A DNA stretch of 64,000 bases from Kiritimatiellia bacterium (GCA_027858965.1 JAQIBS010000107.1:35617-99616), one strand, 5' to 3'; positions 38,635 through 48,632 are shown, counted from the first letter of the stretch. The notes: generated by a model not told the origin, from the letters alone. Numbers and translations: made by a program.

Positions 38635-40026
38635 ATGAGTATCAATAAATATAAAACACATTCGCGCGGGGTCGCTCTTGCGACCTGTCTGTTATCCATT
38701 ATTTTTTCGGGCACTGCGCTTGCCGCACCCAAATCAAATATCATTGAATCACCCGCCGACCTTAAGGAGCGGATTCCCTCTCAGATAAAAATTACGAAAC
38801 CCGATTTTGTTGTTTTTGTTCCGGAGGTCACCGAGTCAGGTGTCAATGATACCGGTAACGAGCATTTCCTTGTCTTTGATGGACCGGATGGTTCGCTGAT
38901 GGCAGTCTGGACTCAGAGTTCCGCTGAGTCGCAGCCCGATCAGCATCAGGCATTTGCCCGCAGTGATGATGAAGGAAAAACCTGGACCAAACCGCGCATT
39001 ATTGCAGGACCCAAAAAACCCGGTGACGGACATATGGCCAGCTGGGGTTATCCGCTTGTCAGCAAATCCGGGCGTATCTACATTCTCTATAGTCAGCACA
39101 TCGGACGGGTTGATAATTTTCCGCACCACACCGGCTGGCTGCACGGCATCTACAGCGATGACAATGGCGCCACCTGGTCCAAACCCCAGAATGTCCCGCT
39201 TCGTCGCAGCATCCGTGACAACCCCGATACCACCATGCCACCCAATGTTCTCTGCTGGCAGAAACCGAACCGCCTCGGCAAAGATGGAAAATACTTTGCT
39301 GGTATAACCCGCTGGACCAGCTTCGCTGTTACAAAGCAACCCACTAAATCGTGGATGTCCGCCGATGCGCGGGTTGAGTTCATGCGCTTTGAAAACATCG
39401 ATGCCAATCCCGAACCGAAGGACATCAAAATCTCCTGGTTTGCTTTTAACGAAAAAGCCCTTTCCGTACCTTATCCGGAAGCTCCCCAGGTCAGCGCCTG
39501 TCAGGAACCGTCGGTTGTTAAACTTCCTGATGGACGTCTCTTCTGTGTGATGCGCACCGCATCTGGCAGCCCTTACTGGAGTGTTAGTGCAGATATCGGA
39601 GAAACCTGGTCAAAGACAAAACCTCTGCTGCGTAAAGATGGTGGCGCACCTCTACTGCATCCTCTCTCTCCCTGTCCCATGTATGATGTGGGCGGGAACA
39701 CAGCCGGTAGTGGAAACTATGTGCTCTTTATTCATAATCATGACGGGCACTATAAAAACTTTGGTCCTCGTGATAGCAGCAACCATCGCCGCCCGATTAA
39801 TATCGTGCGTGGTCATTTCAAAGCGGGTGCCGATCAGCCGGTCTGGTTTGATGAACCGGAGTTGTTTTTTGATCACGATGGTGTCAGTCTTGGCAAACCC
39901 GGCACCAAAGGCCGCACGGATCTCTCTCTCTATTCAAGTTTTACCGTCCGTAATGGCGTTCCTGTACTCTGGTATCCTGAGCGCAAGTTCTTCCTGCTCG
40001 GTAAAATAATCAAAGCGGCGAAATAA
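38635..40026 (+). CDS. BNR-repeat sialidase-like secreted protein
   Basis: Signal peptide and BNR motifs SDDEGKTWTKP, SDDNGATWSKP and SADIGETWSKT. Confidence 0.7.
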   Translation: MSINKYKTHSRGVALATCLLSIIFSGTALAAPKSNIIESPADLKERIPSQIKITKPDFVVFVPEVTESGVNDTGNEHFLVFDGPDGSLMAVWTQSSAESQPDQHQAFARSDDEGKTWTKPRIIAGPKKPGDGHMASWGYPLVSKSGRIYILYSQHIGRVDNFPHHTGWLHGIYSDDNGATWSKPQNVPLRRSIRDNPDTTMPPNVLCWQKPNRLGKDGKYFAGITRWTSFAVTKQPTKSWMSADARVEFMRFENIDANPEPKDIKISWFAFNEKALSVPYPEAPQVSACQEPSVVKLPDGRLFCVMRTASGSPYWSVSADIGETWSKTKPLLRKDGGAPLLHPLSPCPMYDVGGNTAGSGNYVLFIHNHDGHYKNFGPRDSSNHRRPINIVRGHFKAGADQPVWFDEPELFFDHDGVSLGKPGTKGRTDLSLYSSFTVRNGVPVLWYPERKFFLLGKIIKAAK

Positions 40027-40315
40027 TGTGGAGTAGCGAGTGGTGAATTATTTGACTCGAACTTTGTCTCGCACTTAGTCTGGTTTGACAAGGTGTGAGA
40101 CAAGGAAGTCGTTCGCTATGCGGGCGACTGCGGGTGGTACGCGAATGATCAGGTTACGCAAAATGGTCAGCCGCGTAGCGACTGCCCTCCTTAATCAGCA
40201 CTTTATCAAAGACAAATGATGATAAATATTAAATAGACAACTTTTCGGAAACAACCATTAAGTGTATTTTCTAGCCACAGACGGGCTTGAAATTTGAACC
40301 ACGGATGAACCACTG

Positions 40316-42820
40316 ATGAACACATATGTACACAGACATAGCTTAAGCGCCGTTTTTTGCGCGCAGCGACGCAAAGACGCAGAGGCAAGAAAGCCTTCTT
40401 TCAGCGGAGCTGATTTGAGATGGACATCCCTGCTACCCCGCCTTCCTTTTAGTGTATTTCGTAGTTCAAAACTTTTTATTCTGTCGTTATTCATTTTTGG
40501 CTGTACCGCATCTCTTGCAGACACATCTCGCAACTGGCAGCACTACTCTGTGTATCAGCCGCGCATTGAACGCTCATTTGTTGTTGATGCCGCCGCACAA
40601 CCTTTGCGTTATAATCACGACAGCACCATTGCCTGGTTTAAAGACCGTTGGTTCTGCCTCTGGAATGCCAATACCGTTCCCCGGGAAGGGGCGTCGGGTC
40701 AGCTCAACTATGTAAGCACCAGTCGCGACGGAATAGAGTGGTCGGCACCACTCCCCGTGTTTTCCGCTCCTGAACAGAGCCTTAATCCCGTGCTTTGTTC
40801 CAAAGGGACGCAGTGGCAGCCAAACCTGCTCGTGGTCGGGAACCGTCTCTGGTGTCTCTGGAGCCAGCACTCAAAAGACACTCACAAGGGCTGTTATTTT
40901 TCCGTATTGGATAACCCTGACGGCAAGTGGTCCAATCGACAGCTGAGTTGGAACGGGGAGACCAATCCCGTCATTGACGGTACTCCATTCCGACTCTTTC
41001 CCACACAGAATCCGGTTCGTCTCAGCACGGGCCGCGTGCTCGCTCCGGTCACCATGATGGGCCCTCTTTCAAAAATGGCCCCGCCTGGAAAAAAAGGCTG
41101 GGCCTGGCTTGAAAAACGCAATAGCGTGATCTACAGCGATGATAACGGCGTAACGTGGCAAGTCTCGCCCGGTACCGTCCTGCCGGGACTGGATTGGCGG
41201 CAGTGGGAGCCGACCGTTTTTGAACAGCCGGATGGATCGGTACTGATGTTCGCCCGCAATAATATCATCCCCGGCACGGAGGATAGTTCTGCCAGCACGA
41301 CCGAGACCCTCACCTGGTCTATCTCGCATGACCACGGAGTTACCTGGTCACCGCATGCCTATGTCCCGTTGCAGACGGTCATCTCGCGCATGCATGTGCT
41401 GAACCAGAATACAACGTCATCCCCGGCAATGACCGACCGCTTTATCATGATTCACAACGATTGGCTCTCAGGAACCTTTGGTGCCGACCGCCGCAACCTG
41501 GCCCTCTTCTTCAACCGTGGTAGCGGCATCGATTTTGTTGCGGGAACTGGTCTCACCGGACAGGAGTACCAGGTGGCTTATCCTCAGATGTTCCTGCACG
41601 ATGGTAAGCTGCTGGCCTCCTATAGTCAGGGTCCCTGCGCAATGCGCAACATCAAGGTGGTGAGTGTTACGCCGCTGCCCGACCCGAAAAAATTCTATAT
41701 CTATCCGCGGAACAACCTGCCGCCATCGCCACGTTGCGCCATCAAAGACGATGCATTGATCCTCAACGGAGGTCTTGCATTGAAGGGCCGTGTCGCCCCG
41801 GTTATTGCTCAGGAGGGGCTCAGCTGTGCGGCCTGGATCAAGGCGGATGATGGCGGTGTGTTTTTTGATAACAGGGGAGCCCGCAGCGGTTTCGTCTGGG
41901 GGCTCTCAGGCTTCTGCTTTGTTCATCTGGGCCAGCCCGCCATCAACATCATCTCTAAGATAGCGGTAGCGCGTGATCGCTGGAACTACGTTGGCGTGAC
42001 AATCAATTATCAAAAGGGAGAAGTTCATTTTTTTGTGAATGACGAACACGATTACGTTTCCTTTAAACCTGCCTCCCGAAGTATGCAGGGAAACAGCTTT
42101 ACGGTTGGTGGCCCCAATTTGGCAGCCAGCTCTCTTTCCGCATTTGAAGGTTCCTTCCGCTCATTCGCGCTTTATGGTGATAAACGCCTGTCGGTATCCG
42201 AACACCGGCAGCTTTTCGAAAACCGGAGCGCCACACTTCCACCGATGCAACCGGCTTTGCGGTTTGATCCATCAGACGTAACTGCGCTCAATCGGGATTT
42301 TATTTTCCCTGCGGTAAATGCATCGGTATCGGAATCGGTGCAGACCGCTGAACTGGACGGACGCCCTGTTTTGCGTTTTGAGGGAGGCGCATCCGCCGGC
42401 ATTGAACTGGCTGCCAATGAGCGTTCAACCGGCGATGCAGTTGAACTGAACTTCAGTTTTAAAGTTGAGGGAGAAGGGGAACAGACCCTCTGCACTGTGG
42501 GAGATGCCAATCAGCCGGCGCGCATTGTTCTGCGGGAGAATAATATCATGCTTGTTGCTGGTGAGCAGACCCGCTCCTGTGGCAAAGTGCAATCGGGAGT
42601 ATGGCAGCGTTTATCGCTTTCATCATGCGGAGATTCTACAAAGGCTGTTCTTGACGATCAACCGCCTGTTGAAATCCGACACACCCCTGAGGCCACCTGG
42701 CTCTACCTAGGAGAAGGCTACCGCTCCGGCACTCCGCCAATTGTCGACACCGTTTTCGTGATCGACATCGCCTCCGTGCGGAGCCGCATCCTCCACCCCC
42801 GTGAAAAGAGCCACCCATGA
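40316..42820 (+). CDS. BNR-repeat sialidase-like lipoprotein with a C-terminal LamG-like domain
   Basis: Lipobox LFIFGCTAS and BNR motifs SRDGIEWSAP, SDDNGVTWQVS and SHDHGVTWSPH. The true start is probably an internal TTG near 40403. Confidence 0.65.
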   Translation: MNTYVHRHSLSAVFCAQRRKDAEARKPSFSGADLRWTSLLPRLPFSVFRSSKLFILSLFIFGCTASLADTSRNWQHYSVYQPRIERSFVVDAAAQPLRYNHDSTIAWFKDRWFCLWNANTVPREGASGQLNYVSTSRDGIEWSAPLPVFSAPEQSLNPVLCSKGTQWQPNLLVVGNRLWCLWSQHSKDTHKGCYFSVLDNPDGKWSNRQLSWNGETNPVIDGTPFRLFPTQNPVRLSTGRVLAPVTMMGPLSKMAPPGKKGWAWLEKRNSVIYSDDNGVTWQVSPGTVLPGLDWRQWEPTVFEQPDGSVLMFARNNIIPGTEDSSASTTETLTWSISHDHGVTWSPHAYVPLQTVISRMHVLNQNTTSSPAMTDRFIMIHNDWLSGTFGADRRNLALFFNRGSGIDFVAGTGLTGQEYQVAYPQMFLHDGKLLASYSQGPCAMRNIKVVSVTPLPDPKKFYIYPRNNLPPSPRCAIKDDALILNGGLALKGRVAPVIAQEGLSCAAWIKADDGGVFFDNRGARSGFVWGLSGFCFVHLGQPAINIISKIAVARDRWNYVGVTINYQKGEVHFFVNDEHDYVSFKPASRSMQGNSFTVGGPNLAASSLSAFEGSFRSFALYGDKRLSVSEHRQLFENRSATLPPMQPALRFDPSDVTALNRDFIFPAVNASVSESVQTAELDGRPVLRFEGGASAGIELAANERSTGDAVELNFSFKVEGEGEQTLCTVGDANQPARIVLRENNIMLVAGEQTRSCGKVQSGVWQRLSLSSCGDSTKAVLDDQPPVEIRHTPEATWLYLGEGYRSGTPPIVDTVFVIDIASVRSRILHPREKSHP

Positions 42821-43495
42821 AAATACCGCGTTACCCTTGTTCAATACTTCTTGCCTGCGTATTTCTCCTGCTGGCCTTTACGGCGGCGGCGGAACGGCCC
42901 AACGTCTTGCTTATTCTCTCGGATGACCAGGGCTATGGGGACCTCTCGCTTCATGACAATCCACACCTGCGTACACCGAACCTCGACAAGCTGGGACGGA
43001 ACAGCGTGCGCTTCGATCGCTTCTATGTGAGTTCAGTTTGCGCCCCGACCCGTGCCTCGCTTCTGACAGGCCGCTGGCCGTTGCGCACAGGCTGTCATGG
43101 TGTCACCCATAACCGCGAGACCATGCTGGACAGTGAAGTGACAATCGCAGAGGCACTTTCCGGAGCTGGGTACCGCAACGGCTGTTTCGGCAAGTGGCAC
43201 AATGGTAGCCATTACCCATTTACACCGCAGGGGCAGGGTTTCGAGACGTTCTTCGGCTACCTTGCCCACGCTGCGCCACACGCCCCCTTACAGGCCCCGC
43301 AACCGCTGATCGAGAAATACAAGGCACGCTTGAAAGGGCAAGTCGATGAGCCGGTGGCTGTCATCTACGCAATGATCGAACAAATGGACATAGGCTTATG
43401 ACGCGTGGTTCGACGAGGTGTTAGCCGAATGGACACAAGCTTGGTCGGCCATCCGCGCGCATGATGCGGCCTACTGGCGCAATCGCCCGCAATAG
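42817..43495 (+). pseudogene. Arylsulfatase-family gene with an internal deletion/frameshift (194-aa N-terminal part plus an out-of-frame C-terminal remnant)
   Basis: N-terminal LLILSDDQGYGD...CAPTRASLLTGRWP...GKWH sulfatase motifs, ending at 43401. A sulfatase-like C-terminal tail (WFDEVLAEWTQAW...) lies at 43403-43495 in another frame. An ATGA start/stop overlap couples it to the upstream gene. Confidence 0.55.
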
Positions 43496-43526
43496 AGATC
43501 TTCATAATGCACGAAGTTTGTAGCGA

Positions 43527-43632
43527 GGCATAGTCGCAACCAATTTTTTGACAGGATTGACGCTCTCCCGCTAAGCGGGATCACTGCCACTACAAGGGTG
43601 GCCTTACTAAACTACGTTTTGTTTTCCAGGAT
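43527..43632 (+). repeat. Copy of a structured intergenic repeat (element X: GCATAGYCGCAACC...TTGACAGGATT...GGCCACCCTTGTGGTGG hairpin)
   Basis: Other copies lie at 5340-5400 (short form), 8292-8372 (inverted) and 45790-45850 (partial). Confidence 0.65.
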
Positions 43633-43641
43633 TAACATGAT

Positions 43642-44682
43642 ATGAAAAAAATTAATGATTATGTAACGAAGGTATGTGCCACCAACTCTCTATTGTGCGG
43701 GACTCTGCCCCGCTTGATTATGGGGGCTCTTCTTTTGACCATCTTCGGCGGTTGCGGTTCCAAAGCGGAAAAGCCGAAGATTGTGCGGGTTGCCTACGCC
43801 CCGGGTCCCTCTGAACTTCTGCATCGTGCGGCGCAACAGTTTGCCGAGAAGGTCAAAGCTGACTCTGGAGGAAAGCTGGTTGTACGGCTCTACCCAAGTG
43901 GACAGCTGGGCAATGAGCGTGAACTGATAGAGGGGTTAAAACTGGGCAGTGTTGATATGACTGTGACCGGCCTGGCGATTATCGGATGGTATGCCCCGGA
44001 GTATGGAGCATTTGAGGTTCCCTTTCTTTGGCGTGATTACGATCATGTTAATCTGGTGTGGAACGGGCCCATCGGCATGGAAGTTCGTAAGGTAATGCAG
44101 AAGCGTGCCGGTGCGCGCCTGATGCAGCCGTGGTTCCGTGGACCGCGCTACCTGACTACCAGCTCCCGCAAGGTGCTCAGCCCTGATGACCTCAAAGGAC
44201 TCAAATTGCGTGTTCCTGAGCTGGAGGTATACATTAAAGCATGGAAGGCATTCGGAGCCAATGTAACACCGATCCCTTTCACCGATATTTTTATGGCACT
44301 TAAATTAGGTGTGGTGGAGGGACAGGAAAATCCTTTAGCTACGATCTACGCCAATCATCTGCAGGAGGTCCAGAAATACATCATGGAGACGCGTCATCTG
44401 ATCAGCTTTTACGTGCCGGCATTCGGTCCCAGCCTGGACAAACGTTTTACTGAAGAGGAACGTAATTTATTAATAGAGGCTCTGGACTCATCAACTGCCT
44501 GGCATAACCTGGAGGTGGAACGTGCTGAGTCTGAGTATCGTCAGAAACTGGAAGCTGATGGAGCTGAATTTGTGGCACTAGATGCTGAGCCTTTCCGCAA
44601 ACTGGCCTGTGAGCGCATACCGCCTCAATTCGAGAAAGTCTGGAAACCCGGCCTCTACCAGCGTATTAGTGAGAGTCGCTGA
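43642..44682 (+). CDS. dctP: TRAP transporter substrate-binding lipoprotein (DctP/SiaP family)
   Basis: Lipobox IFGGCGS and DctP family similarity throughout. It is encoded away from the dctQM genes at 23.5-25.4 kb. Confidence 0.8.
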   Translation: MKKINDYVTKVCATNSLLCGTLPRLIMGALLLTIFGGCGSKAEKPKIVRVAYAPGPSELLHRAAQQFAEKVKADSGGKLVVRLYPSGQLGNERELIEGLKLGSVDMTVTGLAIIGWYAPEYGAFEVPFLWRDYDHVNLVWNGPIGMEVRKVMQKRAGARLMQPWFRGPRYLTTSSRKVLSPDDLKGLKLRVPELEVYIKAWKAFGANVTPIPFTDIFMALKLGVVEGQENPLATIYANHLQEVQKYIMETRHLISFYVPAFGPSLDKRFTEEERNLLIEALDSSTAWHNLEVERAESEYRQKLEADGAEFVALDAEPFRKLACERIPPQFEKVWKPGLYQRISESR

Positions 44683-44840
44683 ACTGTGTTTCTAAAATAA
44701 TGTCCACAAAAGATCACAAAGATCGCAAAGACGTTATCTGATCCGTCTTGGTGACGACAAAGAAGGGATCATACGCAATGACATCTTCGCGATCCGCAAA
44801 TATTCGGCCCGTAAAGAGTATTTAAAAAAGGGAGGTTGAT

Positions 44841-45344
44841 ATGGAGCTACAAAAAATACCAGAGTTTTATACAGGATCTCCGGTTGATACCGATGATCTT
44901 AAATATATGGATGAGTTTATTGTGCATAATCAAAAGTCACATATTGGAGTGTATCGCTCCGGCTTGACCTCTCCGGAACACCAGGAACACATTACGGTTG
45001 GAAGAAGGTGTATGGTTGAAGATGCGCTTGAGAATATACTCGGCTCAACAAAGCGTCAGTCAAAACACCATTTTCTGTTAGGGCTCTGTGAAATACTGGC
45101 GGATGTCCTTCCAACTGAGAGTATCTGGGGTGAGCTGCATGAGCGGCTTGAGACAGAGGAGGATGATGTTGCAATAATCGATACTATTGTGCCGCATCTG
45201 CGAAAGAGAAATCGTGAGGATATACTGAAAGATTTTGATTCTTTGAGACCGCGTCTGCTAGCTCTTTACCGGATGACAGGAGGTAGTCCGCGATTGACAG
45301 TGATGCTATCCGCGAAGGATTTTTTGATCTCTGGCTTTACATGA
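44841..45344 (+). CDS. Hypothetical protein (167 aa), no recognisable domain
   Basis: ORF in an AT-richer, repeat-bounded segment. The ATGA overlap with the next ORF suggests translational coupling. Confidence 0.35.
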   Translation: MELQKIPEFYTGSPVDTDDLKYMDEFIVHNQKSHIGVYRSGLTSPEHQEHITVGRRCMVEDALENILGSTKRQSKHHFLLGLCEILADVLPTESIWGELHERLETEEDDVAIIDTIVPHLRKRNREDILKDFDSLRPRLLALYRMTGGSPRLTVMLSAKDFLISGFT

Positions 45345-45610
45345 ACATCTCAAGGAGGGCGAAAAAGCGGCTGCCATTTCTCTTGGATTTCTTTAACTGC
45401 TTCTACACATGTTTTGAAGAGAGGGAGCAGCGCAGGGAGGAGATTGTTAATAAGTTCACAGAGTTTGCGAAGAAATGTGATGTGAACCCAGAGATGTTGT
45501 CACTGGACAAGGTGTTGAAGGAACCATCCCCCGAAAGATCAGGTAGTCGTAAAACGCCACTAAGTAACTGTTTTCAGGTTTTGTCATTGTGCTTGATAAT
45601 ATCTTCCTGA
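45341..45610 (+). CDS. Hypothetical small protein (89 aa) with a hydrophobic C-terminus
   Basis: Its start overlaps the stop of the upstream ORF. Confidence 0.25.
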   Translation: MNISRRAKKRLPFLLDFFNCFYTCFEEREQRREEIVNKFTEFAKKCDVNPEMLSLDKVLKEPSPERSGSRKTPLSNCFQVLSLCLIISS

Positions 45611-46057
45611 CGGACATTTTAAACAATAATCAAATAAAGAAATAATTATTTGACAAATAGCCAATAAAACTACTAACCTAAGACAGGTTAGAGATTGGTT
45701 ACGTACAGAATCAATTAGGATGATAATTTTGTAGTTGAGAGATAAAAGAATTTCAGACGGAATTACAGGATTTACAGGATAAAAGATAATTATGTTAATC
45801 CTGGGAAATGAAGTAAGGCCCCCCTTGTGGTGCGAATGGCAAGAAAAACTGACCGAAAGTACAGAAAGGAGGTCGCCTTATAATAAGGCAAAGATAAAAA
45901 GCTGATTGACAAAGCAAAGTGCAAAAGAGCACAAAGAAAATGAGAGATGCTTGCGAATTGTAAGTTAAATCGGACATTTTTTTATGAGGCTTTGAGGTAG
46001 ACTTCATTAGCATCTTCTCCTTTCGGAATCTCAAACCCACATTGAAGTCAGTTTCCA

Positions 46058-48475
46058 TCAGGGTGCCTGCTCCAAAGCATCCATGAGCTGAATACGCAGG
46101 GCATCCATAAGTGAGCGGTCCTTGGCAATCTGCCACTCCAAACTTTTTGCCGTAACGCTTTGCAGCACTTTATCCACACCGGCACCAAGCAGTTTCTCTG
46201 TCCGCATCACCCAGGGTGCATTACTCTCACTCTTCTGAATATTTGTAACTTTGTTGCGTAACATGCATAAGAGTTCATAGTCCTGTACCCCTTCGCGGAT
46301 GGCCTCGCTGTGTTTGCCTTCCATTACAGAGTTCGGCCCCACAAAATAGGGGGAGTATTCAGCATATCTTTGCGTATAGGCCTGCCAGGAGTTGCCAATG
46401 CCGCCCCCGCATCCAAATGCCCAGAAGAATGTTCCCTCAGCTCCTGTTTTAAAGGCCTGCCATGCCTGCGCCCGATGATATGTAATTGGGTCCAGTCGTT
46501 TGGCCGGGCCGCTGCATGAGTAGAGCCAGAGTGTTTTGCCTGCTGTGCGCTGTTCCAGATAAAAATCCCGGAAGGGCTTGCCTTGCGCCAGCAGCATCGG
46601 TGTGTTGGGGCAGAGTATGTCATTTGCCGCAAACATGGCAGGGTCACCCTTATGTGGCTCCCTGTAAGTTGGATCGACAAAAAGGAGAACTCCCGGATTA
46701 GCCGCCTTAATCGCCGCTGCCCAGGTGATAATTTTTTTATCCTGCTCAAGTGCATGCGGTTCATCCACAAGCAGAATCACCAGCTGATTTGCTTTAAGCC
46801 CTTGCGTATCCATATGTTTTACCCAGGCCGTCAGCCAGCTACCAACCATGGTGTTAAAACGTGTTGTTCCCATTTTCTCGCTTTGAAATGAGCTTCCCAC
46901 ACTGAAAAAGACGCAGTAATTCCGTGCGCCATGCCAGCGTGCCACCCACTCGTCCCAAACCGCGAAATCTAAATCAGTCTCATTTGTAAGGTTCCCCGCC
47001 TTGTCAAAGGTGCCCCCTTTTGGAAATACAGCGGAGGTTGCCCAAGGGGAATCCACATACATATCGCGCATCAGTGCTAAATTGGAATCCAGGTTGTTCG
47101 GTGCTTTATAATAACTGGCATTGCCTTGCACATAGTCCCAGCCTCCCACATGTAAAGCTGGGTGTTGAGGAAGGTCTATATTCCGTAGCCGGATACTTAG
47201 CGGAATGGCCTTTTTGAAAGACCCATCTGTTGATGTAATATTTATCACTCCCTTGGTGGTTTGCGCGGCACCCTGTGGACGATGGCAGGATATCCAGAGT
47301 TGGCGTGTACAGCCTCCGGGAATGGTGATACTAAACGCTCCTGTATTGTCAGGCTTCAATGCTTTCAGTGCTGCTGCCACAGGTTTACGGCTTCGGGTAT
47401 CGGTGAAAAGCACCTCGCGTATCTCAATATTAAGGTTTTTGGGAAATCCCTTCAGGGTGATGACAACTTTCAGTGGACTCTTTTGCGGCTGGCTGATATT
47501 GAATGTCTCACCGCGTACTTCATTGCGAATCATATCAAGAGTCAGTTCTTTGATATCCGAGCCAGCGGGGGGTATGTCTGTTAGCTCAAGAGGATCCCAG
47601 CGGTTGTTCTGCCAGATCAGGGGAGCTTTGATGCCTGCTCCTTGCAATACTTTTGCATGCAATGACAGAATTGATCTATGCAAGCCGTCATAGGGAAGGA
47701 TGGTTTGGCGGTCATCAGTAAATGCATTGGCAAAGGCGGGTATCTGCTCTCTCAACAAGGCTGCTTTGGATTTGGTTTTTGTGAGTGCCGAGGCATTCAG
47801 TAGAGTCTCTGCCTGCGAGAGGATGGTATCCAGGTCAGCTCGAAGTCGTGCAGATACTCCAGAACGGACACAGTGTTGCGCGTAAAAAAGTTTTGGGTCT
47901 GTTGTTGTCGCGCCTGGAATAGGTTCTTTCAGCCACGCATCATTACCGCGTTGGATTTCAATCTCATCGACAAAACAGAAGTTTTCTGCGGCGGCAACTA
48001 CGCACACATAGCGTCCGTAGCCCTTCAGTTCCTCTGTTAAATATCGAAATTGTGCATATCCTTCCCGCGGAGGATGAGGAGCTCCCGCAGCTGTTACACA
48101 AAGATCACCCAAAGAGCTCCATGTTTTGCGGTCATTGCTGACCAATACATAAAGGCATTCCGGCCATGTGACTCCGGCAACACCCGCTGCGCAGCTCCAG
48201 GAAATTCCGCGAATTGGTTCCACTTTGCCAAGGTCAATGGTTACTATAGCCGGGGCTGACCTGCTCCAGCCGACGGTACTTTTCTGAGTCCAAAAATAAC
48301 CTTCGGAATAGATGCCGTCTGTCAGTTGCTTGATATCATCGGCATCTGTGCAGTGCGGATAGTTGGGTGCCGGGGAGAGCGTATAGGATTTATGCAGTGC
48401 AATGTTCTCAGCAGGGGCACACCTGCCAGCTTCAGCCAAGGCACATAACAATGTGATTAAAATATACATCCTCAT
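46058..48475 (-). CDS. Secreted F5/8-type-C (discoidin)-like plus DUF4091-like glycoside-hydrolase-associated protein
   Basis: Signal peptide, a discoidin-like N-terminal region and a C-terminal region paralogous to the C-terminus of the 29272..32598 protein (shared VDEP/TDEP and W-rich blocks). Confidence 0.6.
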   Translation of the reverse strand: MRMYILITLLCALAEAGRCAPAENIALHKSYTLSPAPNYPHCTDADDIKQLTDGIYSEGYFWTQKSTVGWSRSAPAIVTIDLGKVEPIRGISWSCAAGVAGVTWPECLYVLVSNDRKTWSSLGDLCVTAAGAPHPPREGYAQFRYLTEELKGYGRYVCVVAAAENFCFVDEIEIQRGNDAWLKEPIPGATTTDPKLFYAQHCVRSGVSARLRADLDTILSQAETLLNASALTKTKSKAALLREQIPAFANAFTDDRQTILPYDGLHRSILSLHAKVLQGAGIKAPLIWQNNRWDPLELTDIPPAGSDIKELTLDMIRNEVRGETFNISQPQKSPLKVVITLKGFPKNLNIEIREVLFTDTRSRKPVAAALKALKPDNTGAFSITIPGGCTRQLWISCHRPQGAAQTTKGVINITSTDGSFKKAIPLSIRLRNIDLPQHPALHVGGWDYVQGNASYYKAPNNLDSNLALMRDMYVDSPWATSAVFPKGGTFDKAGNLTNETDLDFAVWDEWVARWHGARNYCVFFSVGSSFQSEKMGTTRFNTMVGSWLTAWVKHMDTQGLKANQLVILLVDEPHALEQDKKIITWAAAIKAANPGVLLFVDPTYREPHKGDPAMFAANDILCPNTPMLLAQGKPFRDFYLEQRTAGKTLWLYSCSGPAKRLDPITYHRAQAWQAFKTGAEGTFFWAFGCGGGIGNSWQAYTQRYAEYSPYFVGPNSVMEGKHSEAIREGVQDYELLCMLRNKVTNIQKSESNAPWVMRTEKLLGAGVDKVLQSVTAKSLEWQIAKDRSLMDALRIQLMDALEQAP

Positions 48476-48495
48476 ATCGTTTTTCCTTGTTGTTG

Positions 48496-48628
48496 GCGTT
48501 ATGGGCCAGATGGGCCGAAGGGGCCTAATGTGAGTCGCCTTTGGCGACGAGGTGCGTAGCCGCTTATCTTCGCCGACGGCGAAGAGGGAAACACATAGGG
48601 CTCATGTGGCTCATCTGGCCCATAACGC
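48496..48628 (+). mobile_element. MITE-like element (133 bp) with ~21-bp terminal inverted repeats GCGTTATGGGCCAGATGGGCC / GGCTCATCTGGCCCATAACGC and internal hairpins
   Basis: The TIRs are reverse complements of each other. The whole element is about 93% identical to the reverse complement of 52001-52124. Confidence 0.7.
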
Positions 48629-48632
48629 TATC

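Noticed and set aside
45795-46136. 113-aa minus-strand ORF at the edge of the AT-rich islet
   Set aside because: It overlaps the 3' end of the 46058..48475 gene and runs through repeat-rich, low-complexity DNA. There is no support for coding.
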